From an uncultured Clostridia bacterium (GTDB lineage Bacteria; Bacillota; Clostridia; Oscillospirales; Acutalibacteraceae): a stretch of 64,000 nt of DNA. Positions 1 through 10,332 of the stretch are shown one piece after another. Every line of letters begins with the position of its first letter. The first letter of the stretch is position 1. Position numbers and translations under genes: made by a program. The stretch spans positions 73,853 to 137,852 of the forward strand of contig CAKZZS010000023.1 of NCBI GenBank assembly GCA_937884975.1, written 5' to 3'. The notes beneath the pieces are model-generated. The model was not told the DNA's origin. It saw nothing but the letters and a program-made list of their open reading frames with translations, and made no database searches.

Positions 1-605
1 TGCCCGGTTTTTATCCTGTTGACGAGTATGATTTAGCCGGTTTTTCAGTCGGTGTTGCCGATAAAGATAAAATTATTGACAACTCAAAAATGAAAGAGGG
101 CGATGTAATAATCGCTCTTCCTTCAAGCGGAGTTCATTCAAACGGATTTTCACTTGTTAGAAAAGTTTTTGACGTAGAAAACGAGGATATATCTTCACCT
201 GTTGAAGAACTGGACGGAAAATCAATCGGCGAAACTCTTCTTACTCCTACAAAAATATATGTGAAACCCGTTTTAAAGCTTCTTGAATCGGTTACAGTAA
301 AGGGTATTTCTCATATTACCGGCGGCGGATTTTACGAAAATATACCGAGAAGCATTCCAAAGGGACTCGGCGCAAAGATTATTAAAGAAAACATACGTGT
401 TCTTCCCATATTTAAGCTTATTGCTCAAAAGGGAAATATTTCCGAAAGGGATATGTTCAATACCTTTAATATGGGCGTTGGTATGAGTATTGTTGTTGAT
501 AAACAGGACGCTTCAAAAGCAATTGAAATATTTAAACAAAGCGGTGAGGATGCTTATATTATCGGTTCAATAATTAAAAGTGACGAGGGAGTAACAATAT
601 GCTGA
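1..605 (+). CDS. purM: phosphoribosylformylglycinamidine cyclo-ligase (AIR synthetase), C-terminal part; the 5' end is outside the window
   Basis: The frame is open from the window edge (PGFYPVDEYDLAGFSVGVADK...). SSGVHSNGFSLVRK and HITGGGFYENIPR are typical PurM strings. It overlaps purN by 7 nt. Confidence 0.9.
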   Translation, partial: PGFYPVDEYDLAGFSVGVADKDKIIDNSKMKEGDVIIALPSSGVHSNGFSLVRKVFDVENEDISSPVEELDGKSIGETLLTPTKIYVKPVLKLLESVTVKGISHITGGGFYENIPRSIPKGLGAKIIKENIRVLPIFKLIAQKGNISERDMFNTFNMGVGMSIVVDKQDASKAIEIFKQSGEDAYIIGSIIKSDEGVTIC

Positions 606-1207
606 AAACACGCATAGCTGTTCTTGTTTCAGGCGGCGGAACAAATCTTCAGGCTTTAATTGACGCCCGGAAAAGCGGAATTATTAAAAGCGGCGAAATT
701 GTTCTTGTTATTTCGGATAACCCTGACGCCTATGCTCTTGAAAGAGCGAGGAACAATTCTATTGACACTTTTGTTGTAAAAAGAAAAGAGTGTTCTTCGC
801 AGGACGAATTTGAAAAACGTATTATTTCTTCGCTTGAAGAGAACAAAATCGATTTGATAGTCCTTGCTGGATTTATGAAAATCCTGACTGTTAATTTCAC
901 GTCCCGTTATCCGGAACGGATTATCAATATTCATCCGTCGCTTATCCCGTCTTTTTGCGGCGAGGGCTTTTACGGACTTAAGGTTCATCAAAAAGCGCTT
1001 GAATACGGCGTAAAGGTTACGGGAGCGACAACTCATTTTGTTAATGAAATTCCCGACGGCGGAAAAATAATAATGCAAAAGGCTGTTGAAATTCTTGACG
1101 GCGATACTCCCGAAATTCTTCAGAAAAGAGTAATGGAGCAGGCTGAATGGATTATTCTGCCGCTATCGGTTGAAAAGGTTTCAAAAATAATAAAGGAGAG
1201 TAAATAA
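599..1207 (+). CDS. purN: phosphoribosylglycinamide formyltransferase
   Basis: 202 aa. Contains RIAVLVSGGGTNLQALID and NIHPSLIP, with a GATTHFV region typical of PurN. Sits in the pur operon. Confidence 0.9.
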   Translation: MLKTRIAVLVSGGGTNLQALIDARKSGIIKSGEIVLVISDNPDAYALERARNNSIDTFVVKRKECSSQDEFEKRIISSLEENKIDLIVLAGFMKILTVNFTSRYPERIINIHPSLIPSFCGEGFYGLKVHQKALEYGVKVTGATTHFVNEIPDGGKIIMQKAVEILDGDTPEILQKRVMEQAEWIILPLSVEKVSKIIKESK

Positions 1208-1926
1208 TGGACATCTACAAGATTAACGACATCGGCGAACTTATTAAGGACAATTCTTATGTTGGCAGGGGAATTGTTATCGGTAAAACAATGGATTCAA
1301 AAAAGGCTTGCTGCGCGTATTTCATTATGGGCAGAAGCGCAAATTCCAGAAACAGAATTTTTACTAAAAAAGACGGCGAAGTTTTTACTGAACCTTTTGA
1401 CGTTTCAAAGGTTGAGGACCCGAGTCTTATTATTTACGCTGCTCTCAGACAGTTTGAAAATAATCTTATTGTCACCAACGGCGACCAGACAGATACAATT
1501 TATGACGGTATCAAAAACGGATTAAGCTTCAATAAAGCGCTTGAATCAAGATGTTTTGAGCCTGACAGTCCGAATTTTACTCCCAGAATCAGCGGTATGC
1601 TTACCTTTGAAAACGGCGATTTTTCCTATCAGATGAGCATTCTCAAGAGCATTGACGAAGAGGGAAGCGACTGTGCCCGTTACGGATTCAGTTATCCTTC
1701 AAAGTCAGGTCTCGGTCATTTTATTCACACTTACGTCTGTGACGGAAATCCTATTCCTACCTTCCAGGGCGAACCCGAAAGAGTTGAAATAGATTCCGAT
1801 ATTGACGCATTTACAAATAAGCTTTGGAATGCGCTTGATAAAGATAATAAAATTTCGCTTTACGTTCGTTATATTGACCTTTCAAACGGCGAATATGAAG
1901 ACAGATTAGTTAATAAAAACAAATAA
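1207..1926 (+). CDS. IMP cyclohydrolase, PurO-type (stand-alone)
   Basis: 239 aa. GRGIVIGKT...YFIMGRSANSRNR...IVTNGDQTDTI resembles the archaeal-type IMP cyclohydrolase family. Its TAATG start overlaps the purN stop, and the RBS is AAAGGAGAG. Confidence 0.7.
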   Translation: MDIYKINDIGELIKDNSYVGRGIVIGKTMDSKKACCAYFIMGRSANSRNRIFTKKDGEVFTEPFDVSKVEDPSLIIYAALRQFENNLIVTNGDQTDTIYDGIKNGLSFNKALESRCFEPDSPNFTPRISGMLTFENGDFSYQMSILKSIDEEGSDCARYGFSYPSKSGLGHFIHTYVCDGNPIPTFQGEPERVEIDSDIDAFTNKLWNALDKDNKISLYVRYIDLSNGEYEDRLVNKNK

Positions 1927-1943
1927 AATAAAGGAGTATCGGT

Positions 1944-3128
1944 ATGAAAGAATTTGAACTTAAGTACGGCTGTAACCCAAATCAGAAGCCTTCAAAAATT
2001 TATATGAGGGATGGAAGCGAGCTTCCTATAGAAATTCTCTCCGGCAGACCCGGTTATATTAACTTTCTTGACGCTTTTAATTCCTGGCAGCTTGTAAAGG
2101 AGCTTAAGGAGGCTCTCGGTTTACCTGCAGTTACCTCCTTTAAACACGTCAGTCCCACCTCTGCAGCAGTAGGTATAAAGCTTTCCGACAAGCTTAAAAA
2201 AGCTTGCTTTGTTGATGATATTGAAGGACTTGACTCCTCTCCGCTTGCCTGCGCATACGCAAGAGCAAGGGGAACCGACCGTATGTGTTCCTTCGGCGAC
2301 TGGGTAGCTCTTTCGGATGTTTGTGACGTTACAACAGCTCTTCTTATAAAGCGTGAGGTTTCCGACGGCGTAATCGCTCCCGGTTACGAGCCTGAAGCTC
2401 TTGAAATACTTAAAACAAAGAGAAAAGGAAACTATAATATTGTTAAAATCGACCCTGAATATGTCCCCGAGGAGCAAGAAACAAAACAGGTTTTCGGAAT
2501 TACTTTTGAACAGGGCAGAAATAACTTTAAAATAAACCGTGAGCTTCTTTCAAATGTTGTTACTAAAAATAAACAGCTTCCCGAAAGCGCAATTCGTGAC
2601 CTAATTATTTCACTGATTACTCTTAAGTATACCCAGTCAAATTCCGTATGCTTTGCCGTTGACGGTCAGGCTATCGGAGTCGGCGCCGGTCAGCAGTCAA
2701 GAATTCACTGCACCCGTCTTGCCGGTTCAAAGGCTGATACATGGTTCCTTCGTCAGGCGGATAAGGTTCTTAATCTTCCTTTCAGAGAGGATTTAGGTAG
2801 ACCCGAGAGAGATAATGTAATCGACGGATATATTAACCAGAATGAAGAGGATGTTTGCGCTGACGGCAATTGGCAGAAGTACTTTACAGTTCAGCCCTCA
2901 CCGTTTACAAGAGAAGAGCAGAGAGCTTATCTTGATACAGTAAGCGATGTTGCATTAGGTTCCGATGCATTCTTCCCGTTCGGAGATAATATTGAAAGAG
3001 CTTATAAGAGCGGCGTAAAATATATTGCAGAGCCGGGCGGTTCTATTCGTGACGACCTTGTAATTGAAACCTGCGATAAATACGGAATTGCAATGGCGTT
3101 TACGGGTATGAGATTATTCCATCATTGA
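1944..3128 (+). CDS. purH: AICAR formyltransferase (PurH lacking the MGS/IMP cyclohydrolase domain)
   Basis: 394 aa. [27 protein letters not shown] and EPGGSIRDD match the AICARFT domain. Confidence 0.8.
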   Translation: MKEFELKYGCNPNQKPSKIYMRDGSELPIEILSGRPGYINFLDAFNSWQLVKELKEALGLPAVTSFKHVSPTSAAVGIKLSDKLKKACFVDDIEGLDSSPLACAYARARGTDRMCSFGDWVALSDVCDVTTALLIKREVSDGVIAPGYEPEALEILKTKRKGNYNIVKIDPEYVPEEQETKQVFGITFEQGRNNFKINRELLSNVVTKNKQLPESAIRDLIISLITLKYTQSNSVCFAVDGQAIGVGAGQQSRIHCTRLAGSKADTWFLRQADKVLNLPFREDLGRPERDNVIDGYINQNEEDVCADGNWQKYFTVQPSPFTREEQRAYLDTVSDVALGSDAFFPFGDNIERAYKSGVKYIAEPGGSIRDDLVIETCDKYGIAMAFTGMRLFHH

Positions 3129-3144
3129 TTTTAGGAGAGAAAAA

Positions 3145-4380
3145 ATGTTGTTTTTAGATGAATTGAAAAAATATGACGAAGAGGTTTTCGAGGCTTGTAA
3201 CGCCGAGCTTTTACGTCAGCAGGGTAATATTGAGTTAATTGCTTCCGAAAATATTGTTTCAAAGGCTGTCTTGCTTGCTATGGGAAGCGTGCTTACAAAT
3301 AAATATGCGGAAGGTTATCCTGCGCACCGTTATTACGGTGGATGTCAGTGCGTTGACGTTGTTGAAGAAATAGCAAGAGAAAGAGCAAAGCAGATTTTCG
3401 GCGCGGAGCATGCCAATGTTCAGCCTCATTCGGGCGCAAACGCTAACCTTGCAGTTTTCTTTGCGCTTCTTGAACCCGGCGATACCGTTATGGGTATGAA
3501 TCTTGCTCACGGCGGCCATCTTTCCCACGGTTCACCCGTAAATATTTCAGGTAAATATTTCAATATCGTTCCTTACGGCGTAAATCCCGTAACTGAAACA
3601 ATTGATTATGATGAAATGGAAAGAATTGCTCTTGAATGCAAGCCAAAGCTCATTGTTTCGGGCGCGTCCGCTTATTCAAGAATTATTGATTTTAAACGTA
3701 TCCGTGAAATCTGTGACAAAGTCGGCGCTTATATGATGGTCGACATTGCTCATATTGCCGGTCTTGTTGCCGCAGGTCTTCATCCGTCACCCGTTCCTTA
3801 TGCGGACGTAGTTACTACAACAACGCACAAGACGCTTCGCGGACCCAGAGGCGGACTTATTCTCTGTAAAGAAAAATATGCTAAACAAATTGATAAAGCT
3901 ATTTTTCCCGGAACACAGGGCGGTCCGCTTATGCACATAATAGCGGCTAAGGCTGTTGCCTTCGGAGAAGCTCTTACTCCTGAATTTAAGGATTATCAGC
4001 AGCAGATTATTACTAATGCAAAGGTGCTTTCCGAGGATTTACTGAATGAAGGCTTTAAGCTTGTTTCAGGCGGTACTGACAACCATCTTATGCTTCTTAA
4101 TCTTATTCCGTTCGGAGTAACGGGTAAAGACCTTGAAAAGCGTCTTGACGAGGTTCATATTACTGCTAATAAAAACGCAATTCCTAACGATCCCGAAAGT
4201 CCCTTCATTACAAGCGGTCTTCGCGTAGGTACTCCTGCAGTTACTACAAGAGGCTTTAAAGAGCCTGAAATGCATTCAATTGCAAAATGGATTAAGGATA
4301 TAACAGTTGATTTTGAAGGAAATAAAGACAGAGTTCTTTCAGAGGTTAAAGAGCTTTGCGATAGATTTCCCATTTATTGA
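3145..4380 (+). CDS. glyA: serine hydroxymethyltransferase
   Basis: 411 aa. Contains [24 protein letters not shown] and [14 protein letters not shown] (PLP lysine motif). Confidence 0.95.
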   Translation: MLFLDELKKYDEEVFEACNAELLRQQGNIELIASENIVSKAVLLAMGSVLTNKYAEGYPAHRYYGGCQCVDVVEEIARERAKQIFGAEHANVQPHSGANANLAVFFALLEPGDTVMGMNLAHGGHLSHGSPVNISGKYFNIVPYGVNPVTETIDYDEMERIALECKPKLIVSGASAYSRIIDFKRIREICDKVGAYMMVDIAHIAGLVAAGLHPSPVPYADVVTTTTHKTLRGPRGGLILCKEKYAKQIDKAIFPGTQGGPLMHIIAAKAVAFGEALTPEFKDYQQQIITNAKVLSEDLLNEGFKLVSGGTDNHLMLLNLIPFGVTGKDLEKRLDEVHITANKNAIPNDPESPFITSGLRVGTPAVTTRGFKEPEMHSIAKWIKDITVDFEGNKDRVLSEVKELCDRFPIY

Positions 4381-4394
4381 TTAGAGGAAATAAT

Positions 4395-5660
4395 ATGAAA
4401 TTACTCGTTGTCGGTTCTGGCGGACGTGAACACGCCATTATAAAGCAGCTTAAGAAAAATAAAAACGTTGAAGAAATTTATGCTTTACCCGGAAACGGCG
4501 GTATAGCTGCCGATGCCGAATGCGTTAACATTGGTGCAAAGGATATTGACGGAATAGTCGAGTTTGCGTATAATAATAAAATCGATTTTGCCGTTGTAGC
4601 GCCTGATGACCCGTTAGTGCTTGGCTGTGTTGACACGCTTGAGGCTCACGGCATTCCTTGCTTCGGTCCCGAAAAAAAAGCGGCAATAATTGAAGGCAGT
4701 AAGGTTTTTTCAAAAAATTTTATGAAAAAGTACGGTATCCCTACTGCTGAATATGAGGTATTTTCTGATATTGACAGCGCTTTAAAATACCTTGAAACTG
4801 CACCAATTCCAACAGTCATTAAAGCAGACGGCCTTGCTCTCGGAAAAGGCGTAATTATCGCATTTACAAGAGAAGAGGCAATTGATGCGGTTCATTCAAT
4901 GATGGAGGACAAAATCTTCGGAGAAAGCGGAGCAAATATTGTTATAGAGGAATTTCTTGAAGGACCCGAGGTTTCCGTTCTTTCATTTACAGACGGGAAA
5001 ACAGTTGTTCCTATGATTTCTTCAATGGACCATAAAAGAGCGCTTGATAACGACAAAGGTCTTAATACCGGCGGTATGGGAACGGTTGCTCCTAATCCTT
5101 ATTACACAGATAAAGTAGCCAAGGAATGTATGGAAAAGATTTTCATTCCTACAATGGAGGCTATGAACAAAGAGGGGAGAACCTTTAAAGGCTGTTTGTA
5201 TTTCGGACTTATGATTACAAAGGACGGTCCGAAGGTAATTGAATATAATTGCCGTTTCGGCGACCCAGAGACCCAGGTTGTTCTTCCGCTTTTAAAAACT
5301 GATTTGCTTGATATTTTTATGGCAGTCAGAAATGAGAAATTAAGCGAAATAAATGTTGAATTCTCTGATGAAAACGCTTGTTGTGTAATTATGGCGTCTG
5401 ACGGATATCCAAAAAAATACAATACTGGTTTTGAAATAAAATTACCTGAAGAAAACGAGTTTGAAATTTTTATTGCAGGTGCCAAAAATTCCGACGGTAA
5501 GCTTCTTACAAGCGGCGGAAGAGTACTTGGAGTTACCGCAAAGGGAAAAACACTTCAAGAAGCAGTTGAAAAATCTTACAGGGCAGTTTCTCAAATCAGC
5601 TTTGAAAATGCTTATTACCGTAAGGACATCGGTAAAAGAGCTCTTATGGCAAATAAATAA
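4395..5660 (+). CDS. purD: phosphoribosylamine-glycine ligase
   Basis: MKLLVVGSGGREHA start with RBS AGAGGAAA. ATP-grasp strings EEFLEGPEVS and IEYNCRFGDPETQ are present. The track ORF begins at 4377 but the ATG at 4395 fits better. Confidence 0.9.
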   Translation: MKLLVVGSGGREHAIIKQLKKNKNVEEIYALPGNGGIAADAECVNIGAKDIDGIVEFAYNNKIDFAVVAPDDPLVLGCVDTLEAHGIPCFGPEKKAAIIEGSKVFSKNFMKKYGIPTAEYEVFSDIDSALKYLETAPIPTVIKADGLALGKGVIIAFTREEAIDAVHSMMEDKIFGESGANIVIEEFLEGPEVSVLSFTDGKTVVPMISSMDHKRALDNDKGLNTGGMGTVAPNPYYTDKVAKECMEKIFIPTMEAMNKEGRTFKGCLYFGLMITKDGPKVIEYNCRFGDPETQVVLPLLKTDLLDIFMAVRNEKLSEINVEFSDENACCVIMASDGYPKKYNTGFEIKLPEENEFEIFIAGAKNSDGKLLTSGGRVLGVTAKGKTLQEAVEKSYRAVSQISFENAYYRKDIGKRALMANK

Positions 5661-5671
5661 AGGGGATTTAT

Positions 5672-8600
5672 ATGGTTTACAGAATATTTGTTGAAAAAAG
5701 AGAAGGACTCAGAAATGAAGCCAACGCTTTAAAGAACGATATTATAAATACTCTCGGAATAAAACTGGATTCGCTTCGGATTCTTAACAGATATGATGTT
5801 GAAAATATTGAAAGCGAATTGTTTGACTATTCGGTAAAAACTGTTTTTTCCGAGCCGCAGCTTGATATCGTCACGCCCTCACTTATTTACGGTGAAGGTG
5901 ACTTTGTTTTTGCGGTTGAATATCTTCCGGGTCAGTTTGATCAGCGCGCTGATTCTGCGGCACAGTGTATTCAGATTATTTCTCAAAAAGAAAAGCCTCT
6001 TGTTAGGACTGCAAAGGTATATGTTCTTTCGGGAAATATAAGTATTGATGATGTAAACCAAATTAAAAAATATGTTATTAACCCCGTTGAAGCAAGAGAA
6101 GCAACTCTTGACACTTTTTCAACTTTAAAAACTCAATATGAAATTCCCACTACTGTTGAAACACTTGACGGATTTATTGATTTTAACGATAATCAGTTGA
6201 ATGATTTTGTCGTTAAGTACGGTCTTGCGATGGATTTTGACGACCTTAAATTCTGTCAGAATTACTTTAAGAGCGAAAACAGAAATCCAACTATTACGGA
6301 AATCCGTATGATAGATACATATTGGTCCGATCATTGCCGTCATACAACGTTTTTAACTACAATTGACAGCGTTAAGTTTGAGGACGAACTGCTTGAAAAG
6401 GCTTATAATGATTATATTGATGTCAGAAAAGCAATTAACAGAACAAAGCCTATTAACTTAATGGACCTTGCAACAGTTACAACGAGATATCTTAAACAGC
6501 AGGGTAAACTTCCTCTTCTTGATGAATCGGAGGAAATCAATGCATGTACCGTTAAAATGAAAATTAAGGTTGATGGTACAGACGAAGACTGGCTTTTGTT
6601 ATTTAAAAATGAAACACATAACCATCCGACTGAAATTGAACCTTTCGGCGGCGCGGCAACGTGTATTGGCGGAGCAATTCGCGATCCTCTTTCAGGAAGA
6701 AGCTATGTTTACGCCGCAATGCGTGTAACGGGAGCTGCAAACCCTCTTAAACCGTTTAATGAGACGCTTGAAGGAAAACTTCCGCAGAGGAAAGTCGTTA
6801 CTACTGCCGCCGCAGGATACAGCTCATACGGTAACCAGATAGGTCTTGCTACAGGTCAGGTTGATGAAATTTATCATAAAGGCTATGCGGCAAAGAGAAT
6901 GGAAATCGGCGCTGTAATTGCGGCTGCGCCTGCTGAAAATGTCCGCCGTGAAAGACCTGTTGACGGAGATATTGTTATTCTTTTAGGTGGTAAAACCGGA
7001 CGTGACGGATGCGGCGGAGCTACTGGCTCTTCAAAATCTCATACTCTTCAATCGCTTGAAAGCTGCGGTGCGGAGGTTCAAAAGGGTAATGCTCCCGAGG
7101 AAAGAAAGCTTCAAAGGCTTTTCAGGAATAAGGAAGCTTCTCTTCTTATCAAACGCTGTAACGATTTCGGCGCAGGCGGCGTTTCGGTAGCTATTGGCGA
7201 ACTCGCAGACGGACTTGAAATTAACCTTAACGCTGTTCCGAAGAAATATGACGGACTTGACGGCACGGAGCTTGCCATTTCCGAATCGCAGGAAAGAATG
7301 GCGGTTGTTGTTGACCCGAAGGATGTTGATAAATTCAAAGAGCTTGCATTTAAAGAAAATCTTGAAGCAACAGTTGTTGCCGTTGTAAAAGACGAGCCTC
7401 GTCTTAAAATGAACTGGAACGGAAAGACAATTGTCGATATTTCCCGTGATTTTCTTAATTCAAACGGCGCTGAAAAGCATATTGATATTTGTCCTGAAAA
7501 GTTAACTGACTATAAAAAGAACATTCCCGTTGACTTTGAAAACGGTTATAAAGAGCTTTCGGGTGACCTTAATGTTTGTTCGAAGCGCGGTCTTTCGGAG
7601 CGTTTTGACTCAACTATCGGCGCAGGTACTGTTCTTATGCCGTTTGGCGGAAAAAATCAATTAACGCCGATTCAGACAATGGTAAATAAAATTTCCGTTG
7701 AACAAAAGCATACTGATGACTGTTCGTTTATGGCTTACGGGTATAATCCGTTTATTACTGAAAAAAGCCCTTATCACGGCGCTTATCTTGCAGTTATTGA
7801 ATCCGTTTCGAAGCTTATTGCATCGGGCGCAACCTTTAACGAGGTATATCTGACATTCCAGGAATATTTTGAAAAACCGAATAAGGATTCAAAACGTTGG
7901 GGAAAGCCTCTTGCTGCTTTGCTCGGCGCGTTTGAAGCGCAGAAAGAGCTTAATATTGCGTCCATCGGCGGTAAGGACTCAATGAGCGGAAGCTTTGAAG
8001 ATATTGACGTTCCGCCCACTCTTGTTTCTTTTGCCGTCACTCACGATACGGTTGACAGAGTGGTTACTCCCGAGTTTAAGGGAGGCGGTCATAAGGTTGT
8101 CCTTATTGAAACCGATTATAATGAGAATAATCTTCCCGTTACTTCAAGCTTACTGAAGAATTTTGAAACAATTGATTCACTCATTAAAAGGGGAGAGGTT
8201 TTTTCCTGTTACACACCGACTTACGGCGGAATTGCCGAAGCAGTTCTGAAAATGGGAATTGGTAATGACATTGGCTTTGAATATTCCGATTTGTCAAACG
8301 AGGAAATCTTCGGTTATAAATACGGCTCGTTTATTGTTGAACTTAAAAACGATATCGATGTCGGTAAATTATTGGGTTACACAATAAATGAAAAGGTAAT
8401 TAAGAAGAATAATCTTTCTCTCGACCTTGAAGAGCTTAAGGATATTTATGAAAATAAGCTTGAAAGCGTATTTACCTGCAATATAAAGCAGGATGGCATT
8501 AAAAAAGAAAACTTCTCTTTTAAAGCTGACAAACGTGTTTCACCTGCAATTAAATGCGCTAAACCAAAGGTTCTTATTCCCGTTTTCCCGGGCACTAACT

Positions 8601-9358
8601 GTGAATTTGATACTGCAAAGGTGCTTCGTGACGCAGGCGCTAATCCGGAGATTATAGTTATTAACAACCTTTCTTCAAGTTCAATTGCGCAGTCTGTTGA
8701 GCATTTTGCGAATGAGCTTAAAAATGCGCAAATAGTATTTATTCCGGGAGGCTTTTCCGGCGGTGACGAGCCGGACGGATCGGGTAAATTCATAACTGCA
8801 TTCTTCAGAAATTCCGCAGTTAAGGAACAGGTAACCGATTTACTTGAAAACCGTGACGGACTGATGTGCGGTATCTGTAACGGATTCCAGGCTCTTATAA
8901 AGCTCGGTCTTGTTCCTTACGGAAAGATTATTGACACTGACGAAAACTGTCCGACGCTTACCTTTAATACAATTAACCGCCACCAGTCAAGGTTAGTCAG
9001 AACACGAATTGCCTCAAATAAGTCACCCTGGCTAATGAATACAAATGTCGGTGATATTTATACAGCTCCGATTTCTCACGGCGAAGGTAAATTCTACTGT
9101 TCCGAGAAGCTTATAAGGCAGCTTGCTTCGAACGGTCAAATAGCAACACAGTATGTTGACCTATACGGCAACGCAACCGACGATATTCATTTTAACCCTA
9201 ACGGTTCTGCTTTTGCAGTTGAAGGTATTACTTCTCCCGACGGCAGGGTATTCGGTAAAATGGCTCATTCCGAGCGAATCGGTCACGGACTATATAAAAA
9301 TGTTGACGGAGTATACGAAATGGGTATGTTCCGTTCGGCAGTTGAATATTTTAAATAA
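5672..9358 (+). CDS. purL: phosphoribosylformylglycinamidine synthase, single-chain (PurS-PurL-PurQ fused)
   Basis: 1228 aa. Contains TYWSDHCRHTTF, ETHNHPTEIEPFGGAATCIGG and a C-terminal glutaminase domain (GICNGFQAL, ISHGEG). Confidence 0.9.
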   Translation: MVYRIFVEKREGLRNEANALKNDIINTLGIKLDSLRILNRYDVENIESELFDYSVKTVFSEPQLDIVTPSLIYGEGDFVFAVEYLPGQFDQRADSAAQCIQIISQKEKPLVRTAKVYVLSGNISIDDVNQIKKYVINPVEAREATLDTFSTLKTQYEIPTTVETLDGFIDFNDNQLNDFVVKYGLAMDFDDLKFCQNYFKSENRNPTITEIRMIDTYWSDHCRHTTFLTTIDSVKFEDELLEKAYNDYIDVRKAINRTKPINLMDLATVTTRYLKQQGKLPLLDESEEINACTVKMKIKVDGTDEDWLLLFKNETHNHPTEIEPFGGAATCIGGAIRDPLSGRSYVYAAMRVTGAANPLKPFNETLEGKLPQRKVVTTAAAGYSSYGNQIGLATGQVDEIYHKGYAAKRMEIGAVIAAAPAENVRRERPVDGDIVILLGGKTGRDGCGGATGSSKSHTLQSLESCGAEVQKGNAPEERKLQRLFRNKEASLLIKRCNDFGAGGVSVAIGELADGLEINLNAVPKKYDGLDGTELAISESQERMAVVVDPKDVDKFKELAFKENLEATVVAVVKDEPRLKMNWNGKTIVDISRDFLNSNGAEKHIDICPEKLTDYKKNIPVDFENGYKELSGDLNVCSKRGLSERFDSTIGAGTVLMPFGGKNQLTPIQTMVNKISVEQKHTDDCSFMAYGYNPFITEKSPYHGAYLAVIESVSKLIASGATFNEVYLTFQEYFEKPNKDSKRWGKPLAALLGAFEAQKELNIASIGGKDSMSGSFEDIDVPPTLVSFAVTHDTVDRVVTPEFKGGGHKVVLIETDYNENNLPVTSSLLKNFETIDSLIKRGEVFSCYTPTYGGIAEAVLKMGIGNDIGFEYSDLSNEEIFGYKYGSFIVELKNDIDVGKLLGYTINEKVIKKNNLSLDLEELKDIYENKLESVFTCNIKQDGIKKENFSFKADKRVSPAIKCAKPKVLIPVFPGTNCEFDTAKVLRDAGANPEIIVINNLSSSSIAQSVEHFANELKNAQIVFIPGGFSGGDEPDGSGKFITAFFRNSAVKEQVTDLLENRDGLMCGICNGFQALIKLGLVPYGKIIDTDENCPTLTFNTINRHQSRLVRTRIASNKSPWLMNTNVGDIYTAPISHGEGKFYCSEKLIRQLASNGQIATQYVDLYGNATDDIHFNPNGSAFAVEGITSPDGRVFGKMAHSERIGHGLYKNVDGVYEMGMFRSAVEYFK

Positions 9359-9372
9359 TAAAAAAAGACAAA

Positions 9373-9397
9373 AGAACACGCAAGCCGTGTTCTTTTG
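9373..9397 (+). terminator. rho-independent terminator after purL
   Basis: Hairpin AGAACACG-CAAGC-CGTGTTCT followed by TTTTGC. Confidence 0.7.
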
Positions 9398-9410
9398 CAT
9401 TTATATCGCT

Positions 9411-10211
9411 ATGAAGAAAATACTTACATTTTTATATCCTAATAAGGACGGTAAAAACCGACTGTATATACTTGATAATATTCGCGGTTTTACCGTTCTT
9501 AATATGATTCTCTATCACGCCTTATATGACGCGGTATATCTTTGCTCGTTTAAAATTACCTGGTATGAGGGAAAAGCTGGGTTAATATGGGAATTTTTAA
9601 TTTGTTCTGTCTTTATTTTACTTTCGGGATTATGTATGAATCTTTCCTCTCATCCGTATAAAAGGGGATTGACCGTATTTTTATCGGGTTTAATTGTCAG
9701 TGCAGTTACTCTTGTTTTTATTCCCGAAGAAAAAATTTTATTCGGTGTGCTTACATTTTTAGGATGCGCAATGCTGTTTACAGCTCTAATCAGTAAATTA
9801 TTAAATAAGGTTAATCCGGTATTTTTACTGATACTTAATGTACTGCTCTTTATTTTTACATTTAACATAAATAACGGATATGTTGGCTTTTTTAATTTAA
9901 ACAAAACCGTTCTTCCGTCTTTCCTCTATAAAGGTTATTTTATGACGTTTCTCGGTTTTACTGATTTAAGCTTCTTTTCATCCGATTATTTTTCATTTAT
10001 TCCTTGGATTTTTCTTTTCATTTCGGGTTATGCTTTTGGAAAAATTGTTGATATAAAATCTGCTTCACTAAATGTTGAAAAAGGAAATAGGCTGTTATCT
10101 TTAAGAATCCCTGTTCTGACTTTTATCGGTCAAAGGGCGCTTCTTATTTATTTAATCCATCAACCCTTGCTTTATTTAATAGTTTTAATTATAAACCGAT
10201 ATAATACTTGA
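9411..10211 (+). CDS. DUF1624-like polytopic membrane protein (heparan-alpha-glucosaminide N-acetyltransferase-like acyltransferase family)
   Basis: LDNIRGFTVLNMILYHALYD lies near the N-terminus and there are multiple hydrophobic segments. The start was moved to the first ATG after the purL terminator; the track ORF 9153.. overlaps purL. Confidence 0.6.
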   Translation: MKKILTFLYPNKDGKNRLYILDNIRGFTVLNMILYHALYDAVYLCSFKITWYEGKAGLIWEFLICSVFILLSGLCMNLSSHPYKRGLTVFLSGLIVSAVTLVFIPEEKILFGVLTFLGCAMLFTALISKLLNKVNPVFLLILNVLLFIFTFNINNGYVGFFNLNKTVLPSFLYKGYFMTFLGFTDLSFFSSDYFSFIPWIFLFISGYAFGKIVDIKSASLNVEKGNRLLSLRIPVLTFIGQRALLIYLIHQPLLYLIVLIINRYNT

Positions 10212-10332
10212 ATTATCTGTTTTTTATGCAAGTCTTACAATAGAATTTAATAATCTTTGTGCAACTTTTTTGGATTTTGTCACAAGTTTGTCACAATTGG
10301 GTGTTATTATAAATTTGAAAGGCGGTGCAAAA

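Noticed and set aside
9153-9410. N-terminal extension of the DUF1624-like ORF overlapping the purL 3' end
   Set aside because: The extension lies inside purL and runs across the purL terminator hairpin. The first ATG after the terminator (9411) gives a sensible membrane-protein N-terminus.
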